NCBI GenBank assembly: GCA_947302485.1
Contig: CAMYVO010000004.1
Location: forward strand, 45,254-77,253
Length of the DNA: 32,000 nucleotides
Origin: an uncultured Clostridium sp.
GTDB lineage: Bacteria; Bacillota; Clostridia; TANB77; CAG-508
Reading direction: 5' to 3'
The first letter of the stretch is position 1. Each line of letters opens with the position of its first letter. Below the pieces are notes generated by a model. It was given only the letters and a program-made list of their open reading frames with translations, was not told the origin of the DNA and ran no database searches. Both the position numbers and the translations under genes were made by a program. Positions 1 to 9,334 of this stretch are shown one piece after another.

Positions 1-201
1 TATATATTATTACATAAATATTAAACTTTTATTACTCTCTATGTTTAATTGAAATAACTATAATCAATATGTTATAATTAATATGAAGTATTGTAAATAT
101 TACATTAATTTGAGAGATAGTAAAAACCTAAAATGATATGACAGGTTTATATGTAAATCCTTTTAAAAACATAAATATATTATACAGGGAGAGCAAACTA
201 A

Positions 202-1929
202 ATGAACCAAGAAAGATTAACTGATAAACATTATATTCTAGATATTTTAGGATTAAGTAGATTTGAATTAACTGAAATAATAAAAAAATTACCAGATGAA
301 GAATACAAAAAAAAATGCCTGGAAATATATGATGACATATTATATGATACTTTAAAATTAAGAATTATTAGAACATTAAGTAGCAGTAGTAAGTTGAAAA
401 TTATATTTGATTATAATTATATAAAAAAAGAATTTACAAAATATGCAATAGTAGATGACTTGCTTGCTTCATTAGATCCTGAAGATTTATGTTATATATT
501 CTCTCAACATAGAGAATATTTAGAGAAATTGAATATCTATCCTTATGAAATAATGTTTCACCTAAATACTGAAAGTCAAAATTATTTTATTGCAAATATT
601 GAAAAAACTAAATTATCTCTAAATGAAAAAAGAGAAATATTAGCTTCGCTAGATGATGAGGTTAAGCAAAATGTTAATTTAGAAGCTTTTCCCGAGGAAT
701 ATAAAACTGCTTTGAAGATGCATATAAATAAAAAAAAATATGCGCATGAATTTTTAGAGGTAGATTTAGATAAAAATATAGAAGATTATTATGGCTTGAG
801 AATTCCAATGAAAATTATTCCTGAAGAATTAACAGAAGAACAAACAATTATATTTAAAAGATTATGTAGATCTTGCCCTAATATTAAAGTGATTTCACCA
901 ATACCAACTGTTCCACTTGAAATTGAAATATATTCAACTTCTGATGAATATATAGAAGCAGAACAATGGATAGATTCACTAATAGACAACTTAAATCCTC
1001 AATATTCAAATTTACAAAAAATAGCTGTAATAGATAATGCTATAGGTAAAAAAGTAAGCTATAGTCCAAACTTAAAAAAAAATGATGAGGAGGAGGAAGA
1101 TTATATTAATCCAAGAGCATTGTGGAAAATAATTAGTTGTGGTTATGGAACTTGTGAAGGAATAGCAAATTTAGAAAGATATATTTTAAAAAGAGTTGGA
1201 ATAGCTTCAGAATTAGTAAGTGGACATGCACATGCTTTTCTAATATTAAAAGATATTAGCCTAATATCTGAAGACGGAAAAGAAGTAATAGGAGATACAA
1301 TATTAGATCCTACTTGGAATTTATCTGCACATAGATTTGGAGCAAAACCAAATACTTTCTGTATAAGCTATAAAGAAGCAAGAAAACAAGATATAAATGA
1401 AAATGGAGAAGACCATTATTGTCATCGAAAAAGTGGATTAGAAAATATAACATTAGAATTAGATGAGAATAATCTAAGAAATTTATTTGCTAGTGTAGGA
1501 ATAGCAGATAATGATGGAATTTTTCCAATAAAACAATTTATAGAAAAATCAAAAGAGTTAGATAAAATTTATGCAGATGATACAGAAAAGAATTTTAAAA
1601 AACAACTTGAATTATTTTCTATATCTTTTCCTGATTTTGCAACTTGTCAAATTTCTAGTATCAAGATATTAAGTGATATTTTTTCAAATACTGAGAATCT
1701 AAAATTCGATCAATGTATAATAAATATAGTTTATAATAGAGAAGATAAAAACAAAGAACCAGTATTATATTTATGTATTGATTCATCAACATTTGGAAGA
1801 AAATTTTATTATGCAGATAAAAGTAAAAAACAATTTATAGAAGCATCTTTAGAAGAATTTACTAAACAGTTCGAATGTTATGAAAGTGATATATTTTATA
1901 GCGGTCGGATTAAGACATTGGGAAACTAA
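202..1929 (+). CDS. Transglutaminase-like (papain-fold Cys-His-Asp) domain protein; possibly extended to 2002 by a +1 shift at CGG 1906-1908
   Basis: 575-aa ORF. GYGTCEGIANL, then HAHAFL, then DPTWN, in the order and spacing of the transglutaminase-like cysteine protease core. Purine-rich stretch (cagggagag) about 10 nt upstream of the ATG. Confidence 0.6.
   Translation: MNQERLTDKHYILDILGLSRFELTEIIKKLPDEEYKKKCLEIYDDILYDTLKLRIIRTLSSSSKLKIIFDYNYIKKEFTKYAIVDDLLASLDPEDLCYIFSQHREYLEKLNIYPYEIMFHLNTESQNYFIANIEKTKLSLNEKREILASLDDEVKQNVNLEAFPEEYKTALKMHINKKKYAHEFLEVDLDKNIEDYYGLRIPMKIIPEELTEEQTIIFKRLCRSCPNIKVISPIPTVPLEIEIYSTSDEYIEAEQWIDSLIDNLNPQYSNLQKIAVIDNAIGKKVSYSPNLKKNDEEEEDYINPRALWKIISCGYGTCEGIANLERYILKRVGIASELVSGHAHAFLILKDISLISEDGKEVIGDTILDPTWNLSAHRFGAKPNTFCISYKEARKQDINENGEDHYCHRKSGLENITLELDENNLRNLFASVGIADNDGIFPIKQFIEKSKELDKIYADDTEKNFKKQLELFSISFPDFATCQISSIKILSDIFSNTENLKFDQCIINIVYNREDKNKEPVLYLCIDSSTFGRKFYYADKSKKQFIEASLEEFTKQFECYESDIFYSGRIKTLGN
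1906..1908 (+). other. In-frame CGG codon (CGG-A) with an open +1 frame downstream; candidate recoding site
   Basis: (1906-202) is divisible by 3, so the CGG is in frame. The +1 frame from GGA at 1907 stays open for 31 codons and stops at TGA 2000-2002, overlapping ATG 1999 of the next ORF as ATGA. Confidence 0.35.
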
Positions 1930-1998
1930 AGAAAATACGAAACCATTAGAAAATTCTAATAATTATAATAAAATAATAAAAGAAGAAGGTGAATCAAG

Positions 1999-2214
1999 AT
2001 GAAATATATAAAAAAGCTAATTAAAATCATAAAAAATATATCTTATAATTCAAAACACGTGAAAGAGTTAGAAGAAAGCAATAAAGTAAGAAATAATACA
2101 AGAACCGACTTTGTGGTTGCACTAAACGTAGAAGGAAAAGTACAGAAAAATATAATTAAAACATTAATTTGCGAAGGAGATGGAACTTCAATACAAAGGA
2201 AATTAACTAGTTAA
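1999..2214 (+). CDS. Small hypothetical protein (71 aa)
   Basis: ORF preceded by gaaggtga RBS at appropriate spacing. No family recognised. Confidence 0.4.
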   Translation: MKYIKKLIKIIKNISYNSKHVKELEESNKVRNNTRTDFVVALNVEGKVQKNIIKTLICEGDGTSIQRKLTS

Positions 2215-2275
2215 TTAAAAAATAAAATTTATAATTAAAAATTAAAATTATGAAACATTTAATAGCAATAAATAA

Positions 2276-2305
2276 TTGACTATTATTTAAGATTTAATAT
2301 ATAAT
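2276..2305 (+). promoter_or_regulatory. Putative sigma-A type promoter (TTGACT, 18 nt spacer, TATAAT)
   Basis: TTGACT at 2276-2281 and TATAAT at 2300-2305, upstream of the strong aaaggaggtg RBS of the 2325 gene. Confidence 0.35.
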
Positions 2306-2324
2306 AAAAAAAGGAGGTGAAACT

Positions 2325-2765
2325 ATGAATAATTTTTTGGCAATTACTGGAATATCTTCATTAATGGTAGCTATTTTTTTAATATATTTAATACCTGTTA
2401 TAGCATCTTGGAAAATATTTACTAAAGCAGAAATAGCAGGTTGGAAATCAATTATTCCAGTATATAATTTATACTTACTATTCAAAATATCAGGTATGTC
2501 TGGTTTATGGGTAATACCATTATTAGTACTTTCTATCTTTTCATCTATATATCAGGAACAATCTGAAATCCCAACTTATGCTTTATTAACAATATTAATT
2601 TCAGGACTATTAACAATGATTGCTGAAATTATAAAAGCTATTAAATTACCAAAAGCATTTGGTAAAGGATTTCTATATACTCTTCTTTTAATACTATTAC
2701 CCAATATAGGTGAAATTGCATTAGGATTTGGGTCTGCTAAATACCAGGGTGAATATAAGAAATAG
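2325..2765 (+). CDS. Small integral membrane protein, DUF5684-like
   Basis: 146 aa, multi-TM. Motif WKIFTKAEIAGWKSIIPVYNLYLLFKISG resembles the KAG-x-GWxxLIPIYN signature of DUF5684 proteins. Strong RBS aaggaggtg. Confidence 0.6.
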   Translation: MNNFLAITGISSLMVAIFLIYLIPVIASWKIFTKAEIAGWKSIIPVYNLYLLFKISGMSGLWVIPLLVLSIFSSIYQEQSEIPTYALLTILISGLLTMIAEIIKAIKLPKAFGKGFLYTLLLILLPNIGEIALGFGSAKYQGEYKK

Positions 2766-2857
2766 TATATAAAGAATATTTAATATACTTAAAAAATCAA
2801 GAGTTTAAACTTATAATTTAGGCTATAATTTAATTGAAATATAATAAGGTGATTTAA

Positions 2858-3730
2858 ATGAAAGAAATAATATCAAAAGTCTTACCTATGATGGTTAAAG
2901 CAAATGAAATATTAAAAGGAAAAGATATAACTAGTGAAGAAAAATCTGGAATTGGAAACATTGTTACTACTACTGATAAGAATCTAGAAGCTTATCTAAA
3001 AGATACGTTAATGTCGGAATTTCCAGAATCACAAGTAATAAGTGAAGAATCTGCTGAAGAAACAAAATTACAGCCTGATAAAAGTTTAAAATTCATAGTA
3101 GATCCTTTAGATGGAACAACAAATTTTACAAATGGATGGCCTCACTCAATAGCAATAGGAATTGTTAATAATGAAGAACTCACAAGTGGTATAATATATG
3201 ATGCGTTAGCTGAAAAAATATATTTTTCTATTAAAGATAATGGTGTATATGTTTGCAATATAGATAACATATTAAGTATAGAACGAGTAGTAAAGCCTGA
3301 ACAAACAACAGAAAATGTTAAAAAAGCTGTAATTAGCTATGATACTCCATATGGTGCTGAAGCTTTTAAAGTTACACGAGAAATGATGACAAGACTTTAT
3401 CATGCAGGTGCAAGTTTAAAAACTGTAGGGCCAATATCTTTGGATGTTTTAAAAACAGCATTGGGTAAAGAAAACAGACCTACAGATTATAATAATGCAG
3501 TTTGGCATTCAGAAGTTAGAGCATGGGATTTAGCTGCATCTGCAGCTATTTTAAGAGAATTGGGTGGAGAGATTATCGGTAGTGATGGAAAACCTTTATC
3601 TACTAAAACTTTATCTAGTCCAAATGCTAGAATAGCATTTATTGCAAGCGGCAATCCAAAGATGATAGAAAATTTATATACTATATATAATGAATCAGAA
3701 AGAAATGTTAAAAATGGTGAATGCAGATAA
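2858..3730 (+). CDS. Inositol monophosphatase family protein (SuhB/IMPase-like)
   Basis: Diagnostic motifs VDPLDGTTNF and WDLAA(S)AAIL. 290 aa. Confidence 0.85.
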   Translation: MKEIISKVLPMMVKANEILKGKDITSEEKSGIGNIVTTTDKNLEAYLKDTLMSEFPESQVISEESAEETKLQPDKSLKFIVDPLDGTTNFTNGWPHSIAIGIVNNEELTSGIIYDALAEKIYFSIKDNGVYVCNIDNILSIERVVKPEQTTENVKKAVISYDTPYGAEAFKVTREMMTRLYHAGASLKTVGPISLDVLKTALGKENRPTDYNNAVWHSEVRAWDLAASAAILRELGGEIIGSDGKPLSTKTLSSPNARIAFIASGNPKMIENLYTIYNESERNVKNGECR

Positions 3731-3765
3731 AAATATATATACTAAAAACTAAAATCATATAGATG

Positions 3766-3795
3766 AAAGAACCTTATGAAAAGGTTCTTTTTTTT
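3766..3795 (+). terminator. Rho-independent terminator after the IMPase-family gene
   Basis: aaagaacctt / aaggttcttt 10-bp stem, 5-nt loop, followed by a T-run. Confidence 0.8.
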
Positions 3796-3801
3796 CAATA
3801 A

Positions 3802-4240
3802 TTTTTAAAATTATAAATTGAATAAATAATTAATAAAATAAAAAAATTTGAAATTTGAATTTAAAGTTTCAGATTTTATTTTTTGCTCCTATTTCAAAAG
3901 CGAACATTTGTTGTTTGTAAATTTTGTATAAATTTGAATAAAATTTTATGATTTTCAGTTTTAGAATTTATTATTACATTATTAATATCATTTATATAAT
4001 TTAAACGTCTCAAAATCGATTTTAAGGCATTTTATTTTTTAACTCGATAAGTTTTTATATTTGAATTTGAAAATTGCAATTTGTGATCTGTACATAAATT
4101 TGTTTAAATCTATCAAAATATTGATATTTTAAGGTTTATTTAAAAGTATTTAAAAATTGCTAAAAAAACGACGCACGAGAATCGATTTTAAGGCGTTTTT
4201 AGAAAAAAACAATATAGTATGTTGTCTCAAAAATTAAGCA
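3802..4240. repeat. Direct repeat copy R1 (non-coding, about 0.44 kb core)
   Basis: Aligns by eye, collinearly, with 6182-6620 (offset 2380 bp) at roughly 80-90 percent identity. Long shared blocks include ttacattattaatatcatttatataatttaaacgtctcaaaatcg and gacgcacgagaatcgattttaaggc. Confidence 0.85.
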
Positions 4241-4609
4241 AATTGGCTTAAATAAAGGATTTGAAGATTTTTTAAAAATTTTACTAATATATAATATAAA
4301 TTTTAAAATTTGAAAATTATTTTTAGATAAATTATAAATGTGTTAAAAAATTAAAGCTTCAGAATTGATTTTAAGAGGTTTTTAAAAAATGGTAATATAA
4401 GTTGTTATATAATAAAAATGGACCACTTTAGTGGTCCGCTACGAAAAGGCCACAAAAAGCAGTGGAGGAGGCCTTTTACATATATATTATAAAATTTCCT
4501 ACTCTTATTTGCACAAAACTTTGATAATAGTACCCCCATAAAAGTAAAATAAGGCTTGAAATATAGGTATTTCTTTTAAATAATAATATAATAACTTAAT
4601 ATTTTTTAA

Positions 4610-4637
4610 TTGACATTAAAAGCTGTTATGATATAAT
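4610..4637 (+). promoter_or_regulatory. Near-consensus sigma-A promoter with extended -10 (TTGACA, 16 nt spacer, TGaTATAAT)
   Basis: TTGACA 4610-4615, TG 4629-4630, TATAAT 4632-4637. RBS ggaggtg 4649-4655, then ATG 4662. Confidence 0.7.
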
Positions 4638-4661
4638 TATTGTAAATTGGAGGTGTAGTAA

Positions 4662-5615
4662 ATGAATGAATCTGATTTTTCACATAATTTAGAAGATTTT
4701 AATTTAAGTTCACAAATATATCATGATGTAGAAAGAAAAGCAATTACCATATTACGAGATAGATATAAAAAAGAGAAAGGATTAACCGAAGAACAATTAA
4801 ATGATGAAATGACTTTCAGAGAATTTGCAGATCCAAAAGACTTTTTTATTGAAGTATTTTCTTTTGAAGAAGTTGATGCAATTTATAGAGAAATTGAACA
4901 ACAATTAAGGGAAGACTATATTAGCATAATGAAATTTGAACAACAATATAAAGATCAAAGACATATTGGAGATTTAAAATATGCTCAGCGAGAAACCGAT
5001 GCTTCATATGCAGTTGGAATGCAGCAAAATATGAAAGGAGTTTCTGATTCTGGGAAAAGTATAACTACAGATATAAGTGAAATTGATATAAAAAAAATTT
5101 TTGATTCATATATTAATTTAGCTGAACAATACAATGTTCAAGATACTGAACAATTTAGAGCTATTATAGAAAGCACTATTCGAAATCCTAAACAAGGAAT
5201 TTTAATAAATGAATTTAGTTCTTTAATTACTGATGAAAGTGCAAAAGAATCTTTTACTAGTTTATTTAAAGATAGCAAGAATAAATTAGAAACTTTTGAT
5301 AAAGCATTATCAATTGCACAGCAAGATGCTAATTCGAGAATTGATACTATAAAAGATAAAACTTCTATATTAGAATATTTTGCAAAAATGTTTCCTGAAA
5401 TAATGAGCAATTATCATACTAGCACTATAAATGAATTAGATACTGCTATAGAAAGAACAAAAAAAGGAATAGATCAGCCGGAATCAATAACTATAAATCC
5501 AAAAGATGCAGTAAAAAATGCTTTAAAAGTTGGTATTACAACAACAGATATTTTGAATGTAAAGAATCAGCAAGCAAAAGATGAAAGAGATGAAAGAGAA
5601 CAAACACATGAATAA
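4662..5615 (+). CDS. Hypothetical acidic soluble protein (317 aa), no recognised domain
   Basis: Long ORF with strong promoter and RBS. Compositionally coding: charged, coiled-coil-like, no TM segment. Confidence 0.6.
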   Translation: MNESDFSHNLEDFNLSSQIYHDVERKAITILRDRYKKEKGLTEEQLNDEMTFREFADPKDFFIEVFSFEEVDAIYREIEQQLREDYISIMKFEQQYKDQRHIGDLKYAQRETDASYAVGMQQNMKGVSDSGKSITTDISEIDIKKIFDSYINLAEQYNVQDTEQFRAIIESTIRNPKQGILINEFSSLITDESAKESFTSLFKDSKNKLETFDKALSIAQQDANSRIDTIKDKTSILEYFAKMFPEIMSNYHTSTINELDTAIERTKKGIDQPESITINPKDAVKNALKVGITTTDILNVKNQQAKDERDEREQTHE

Positions 5616-6066
5616 TAGTAATTATGCTAAAGCATATAAAGAAGTTTTAGAAATAATTAAATATTTTCCAGAAAAAGAATATAATAAAATACCTAAAGAA
5701 AAAATTGAATTTTATAAAGCAAATATGGATAAAGAATATAATTTCTCAATAAATCCTACTATTGACTTAGCAGAACAAAATATTTCTAAAGAAGCGAATG
5801 CAATAATAATAAACTTATTTCAAGACTATTTTGCAACAGAAGAACAGAAAGAAAAAATAAATGAAATTCTAAACATAAATGAACAGAAAGCTGAACAGGA
5901 AAGAATAAAAAAATATAGTCCTAACGATTTATTTAAAAAAAATGATATAAATATTCAAACGAAACATGAAAACACTTCAGAAGAAACAGCTTTAGTCGAG
6001 TATAAAGAAAATTTCTTTATAAAATTTAAGAAATTTATTTTAAAACTACTACATATAAAAAACTAG
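5608..6066 (+). CDS. Hypothetical protein (about 152 aa), translationally coupled to the upstream gene
   Basis: ATG at 5608 overlaps the upstream stop (ATGAATAA). The track ORF begins at 5581, but the overlap start is more likely. No domain confidently recognised. Confidence 0.5.
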   Translation: MNNSNYAKAYKEVLEIIKYFPEKEYNKIPKEKIEFYKANMDKEYNFSINPTIDLAEQNISKEANAIIINLFQDYFATEEQKEKINEILNINEQKAEQERIKKYSPNDLFKKNDINIQTKHENTSEETALVEYKENFFIKFKKFILKLLHIKN

Positions 6067-6181
6067 TTATTTTCTTATTTCTATAAAAAGCAGAAGTAGG
6101 GTAGGATGGAGGCTATTTAATAAATAAAATTATTTAATTTATTAATATATATTTTTATTATTAAGTTGATTATAAAAAATA

Positions 6182-6620
6182 TTTTTAAAATTTAAATTTG
6201 AATAAATAATTAATTAATAAAATATAAATCTGAAATTTAAATTTAAAGTTTCAGATTTTTTTTGCTCCTATCTCAAAAAGCGAACATTTGTTGTTGTAAA
6301 TTTTTTATATAAATTTGATGAATTTTTTTCTAATTTTAAGTTTTAAAATTTGTTATTACATTATTAATATCATTTATATAATTTAAACGTCTCAAAATCG
6401 TTTTTAAGACATTTTAATTTAAAACTCGATTAAGTTTAAGTTTGAATTTTTAAATTGTAATTTATAATCTATAATCAAATTTGTATAAATTTATCAAAAT
6501 ATTGATATTTTAAGGTTTCTTTAAAATTACTGAAAAATGGCCGAAAATTTGACGCACGAGAATCGATTTTAAGGCATTTTTAAAAATTAGCCATATAGTT
6601 CATTGTCTAAAAAATAAGGC
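6182..6620. repeat. Direct repeat copy R2 (non-coding, about 0.44 kb core)
   Basis: Same orientation and order of blocks as 3802-4240. Weaker similarity blocks continue to about 6960 (for example acaaaactttgat). Confidence 0.85.
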
Positions 6621-7020
6621 TATTTTAAGACGAAGCGCTAAAATCGTTTTTAAGGCGTTTTTTTATTGAAGTAATATAAGTTGTTGTTTAAAAGATAAGA
6701 TCTAATATAAGAATATAAATATAATGAATAAAAATTAGCCATCATGAATACAAAATATAATATAAATAAAAAATAGCCGTTATACTGAAAATGGATAAAA
6801 TGAATATAAATTATAAGAAAAATAACTAAATACAAGATACTATTAAGAGCTTGTAAGCACGCCGTCACAAGACTTGAATGGGATACCTAAATCAGGTATT
6901 TTATATTTTACTCCTATTCCTTTTTGAACAAAACTTTGATTTTGCGCAAAGTTCTTTTTGGGATTTATAAGATATCTTTAAGGCCCTATTTTATAATAAT
7001 ACTGAATAATATGTAACTTA

Positions 7021-8322
7021 TCATTTAAATATTGTTTTTATTCTTTTAATAAATTCTTGGTTATTTTTAGTAATTAATAATTGTGAAATTAATTGTTCTG
7101 TCACATCAGAAGTTGACATTGAAGATAATGCTTTTCTTAATATATAAATTGCATCTTGTTCTTCTTTAGATAGTAATAAGTCTTCCCTTCTTGTTCCAGA
7201 TTTATTAATATCAAGTGCCGGGAAAATACGTTTTTCAGAAAGTTTTCTATCTAATGTAACTTCCATATTACCTGTTCCTTTAAATTCCTCAAAAATCACT
7301 TCATCCATCTTACTTCCTGTTTCTATTAAGGCAGTTGCTAAAATTGTAAGACTACCACCATGTTCGATATTTCTTGCTGCTCCAAAAAATCTTTTTGGTT
7401 TGTGAAGTGCTGCAGGATCAAATCCACCTGATAATGTTCTTCCTGAAGACGGAATTACAAGATTGTATGCTCTTGCAAGTCGAGTAATACTATCTAATAA
7501 AATTACAACATCTTTATTTTGTTCTGTTAGACGTTTTGCTCTTTCCAAAACCATTTCTGCAACTTTTACATGATGTTCTGGTAATTCATCAAATGTAGAA
7601 TATATAACATCCCCTTTAATAGATCGTTTCATATCGGTAACTTCTTCAGGTCTTTCATCAATTAACAATACTATAAGTTCTACTTCGGGATTATTTGTAG
7701 TAATACTGTTCGCAATTTTCTTTAAAAGTGTTGTTTTTCCAACTTTTGGTGGAGATACAATCATTCCTCTTTGCCCTTTTCCAATTGGAGACATTAAATC
7801 TATTAAACGCATTGCAAGTTCATTTTGAACTGTTTCAAGTTTTAATCTTTCATCTGGATGAATCGGCGTTAAGTCGTCGAAATTTGTTCTTAAATATGAT
7901 TTTTCAGGTAATTCTCCATTTACTTCTCCTACATATATTAAAGCAGGAAATTTTTCTCCTTCTTTTGGAATTCTAGAAATTCCTTTAATTTTATCTCCCG
8001 TATTTAATCTAAATCTTCTTATTTGTATTGGAGATACATATATATCTTTAGGAGTTGGTAGATAATTTTCACCCCTTAAAAAGCCGTATCCATCTGGTAA
8101 AACCTCTAATATTCCCTCTATTATCTCATCGCTTTCACTTGTTAATTTATAGTTAGCTGAATTAGAAGATCCCATGTTTTTTTTATTTCCGGATTCTGTA
8201 CTATCATTTAGATTATTTAATAATTCAATTAATTCATCTTTACTAAGTTTTGAAATTTTTTTAACTCCTTTTTCTTTTGCAATTTTTTTTAGTTCCTGTA
8301 ATGTACAGTCATTAAAAATCAT
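7021..8322 (-). CDS. rho: Transcription termination factor Rho
   Basis: 433 aa. Rho N-terminal [13 protein letters not shown]...DELIELL, cold-shock-like RNA-binding domain, Walker [19 protein letters not shown], conserved C-terminal RecA-like ATPase. Confidence 0.97.
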   Translation of the reverse strand: MIFNDCTLQELKKIAKEKGVKKISKLSKDELIELLNNLNDSTESGNKKNMGSSNSANYKLTSESDEIIEGILEVLPDGYGFLRGENYLPTPKDIYVSPIQIRRFRLNTGDKIKGISRIPKEGEKFPALIYVGEVNGELPEKSYLRTNFDDLTPIHPDERLKLETVQNELAMRLIDLMSPIGKGQRGMIVSPPKVGKTTLLKKIANSITTNNPEVELIVLLIDERPEEVTDMKRSIKGDVIYSTFDELPEHHVKVAEMVLERAKRLTEQNKDVVILLDSITRLARAYNLVIPSSGRTLSGGFDPAALHKPKRFFGAARNIEHGGSLTILATALIETGSKMDEVIFEEFKGTGNMEVTLDRKLSEKRIFPALDINKSGTRREDLLLSKEEQDAIYILRKALSSMSTSDVTEQLISQLLITKNNQEFIKRIKTIFK

Positions 8323-8437
8323 TAGTATATACCCCCTATTTAATTATTTTTAATTTGGATTTTTAATTTATATGTAACCCCTTTCACATATAAATTAAGT
8401 ACAGAAACAAAATTATAGAATTAAATTTTTATATTAT

Positions 8438-8466
8438 AAAAACTCATAATAATTTATGAGTTTTTT
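8438..8466 (-). terminator. Hairpin terminator after divIC
   Basis: aaaaactcat / atgagttttt 10-bp stem with 8-nt loop, overlapping the divIC stop codon. AT-rich flanks. Confidence 0.5.
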
Positions 8467-8743
8467 ACATATCAATATACACTCTTTCATTTGGTAAATA
8501 CATATCTAATTTTTCTCTTGCCATTTTTTCTATATATTCAGTAGAATTAATGTTATTTTTTTCTGAAATAAGTGTTTGATTATCTTCCTTCTTTTTTTCA
8601 ATTTTTAAAGAAAGATAATGTTTTTGATTATTATATGAATTTATTGTTTTCTGCTGATTAATAAATATAACTGTTGCATATATAATTAAACTAAAGATTA
8701 TAATTTTTTTAAAAATATTTTTTTTATTTAAAAAATTTTTCAT
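8465..8743 (-). CDS. divIC: Septum formation initiator family protein (DivIC/FtsB)
   Basis: 92 aa. Single N-terminal TM, coiled coil, C-terminal IEKMAREKLDMYLPNERVY typical of the family. Synteny yabP-yabQ-divIC. Confidence 0.8.
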   Translation of the reverse strand: MKNFLNKKNIFKKIIIFSLIIYATVIFINQQKTINSYNNQKHYLSLKIEKKKEDNQTLISEKNNINSTEYIEKMAREKLDMYLPNERVYIDM

Positions 8744-8806
8744 ATGTAAATCTTCACTCTCATCCTAAAAATAAAAATATTCTTCTAATAATATTATAAT
8801 TCTACA

Positions 8807-9328
8807 TCACGTTCTAAAATCCTTCCTTTTTATTCTAGTTTTTTTATTTTTTTTTACAGTTTTTAATGATTTAAATAAATTATTGCTTGTATTTTGTATT
8901 ATTTTCTCAATGTTTATAAATATAAATTTAAATGGCCTTTTAAAAATTGATAATATAAATTTCATCGGAATAAATATTATATAGCATACATTTATAATAA
9001 TTTTTTTTATATAATTAATAATATATATATTTACTTTAATTACATATTTACTTAAAAATAGTAAATATAACGATAAGCCAATTACTAATCCACATATTAC
9101 ATATAATCTTATTTCACCATTATTAAATGTGAAAATTGCATATATTAAAAAGAATCCTGTTATAACACAGAATAACATATCTTGAATTGTAGTTATTAAA
9201 TCTGAAGTTTTAAAACTTCTTCTTAAAATTCTAAATAAATCAAAAAGTATTCCAATAAAAGACCCACTAAAAATAAAAATGATGAAAATAAATATTTGTT
9301 TGGTTATTTCTGTTTCCAAATAAATCAC
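8807..9328 (-). CDS. yabQ: Spore cortex biosynthesis membrane protein YabQ
   Basis: 173-aa multi-TM protein lying between yabP and divIC, as in the conserved sporulation operon. Confidence 0.65.
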   Translation of the reverse strand: MIYLETEITKQIFIFIIFIFSGSFIGILFDLFRILRRSFKTSDLITTIQDMLFCVITGFFLIYAIFTFNNGEIRLYVICGLVIGLSLYLLFLSKYVIKVNIYIINYIKKIIINVCYIIFIPMKFILSIFKRPFKFIFINIEKIIQNTSNNLFKSLKTVKKNKKTRIKRKDFRT

Positions 9329-9334
9329 CTATCT

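Noticed and set aside
4418-4492. 24-codon basic peptide ORF (MDHFSGPLRKGHKKQWRRPFTYIL) over the GC-rich island
   Set aside because: There is no Shine-Dalgarno sequence. The GC richness is better explained by the two hairpins. The analogous island in R2 has no equivalent ORF.
3802-6700. Possible degenerate CRISPR array, suggested by the recurring aatcgattttaaggc motif
   Set aside because: Motif spacing is irregular and long (about 80-180 bp). The motif copies are degenerate. The intervening sequence is itself duplicated between R1 and R2. No cas genes are present.
6650-6868. 72-aa minus-strand ORF in the ORF track
   Set aside because: It lies inside the repeat and low-complexity AT-rich region, has no RBS, and its sequence (runs of Y, F, I, L, N) is typical of random AT-rich translation.
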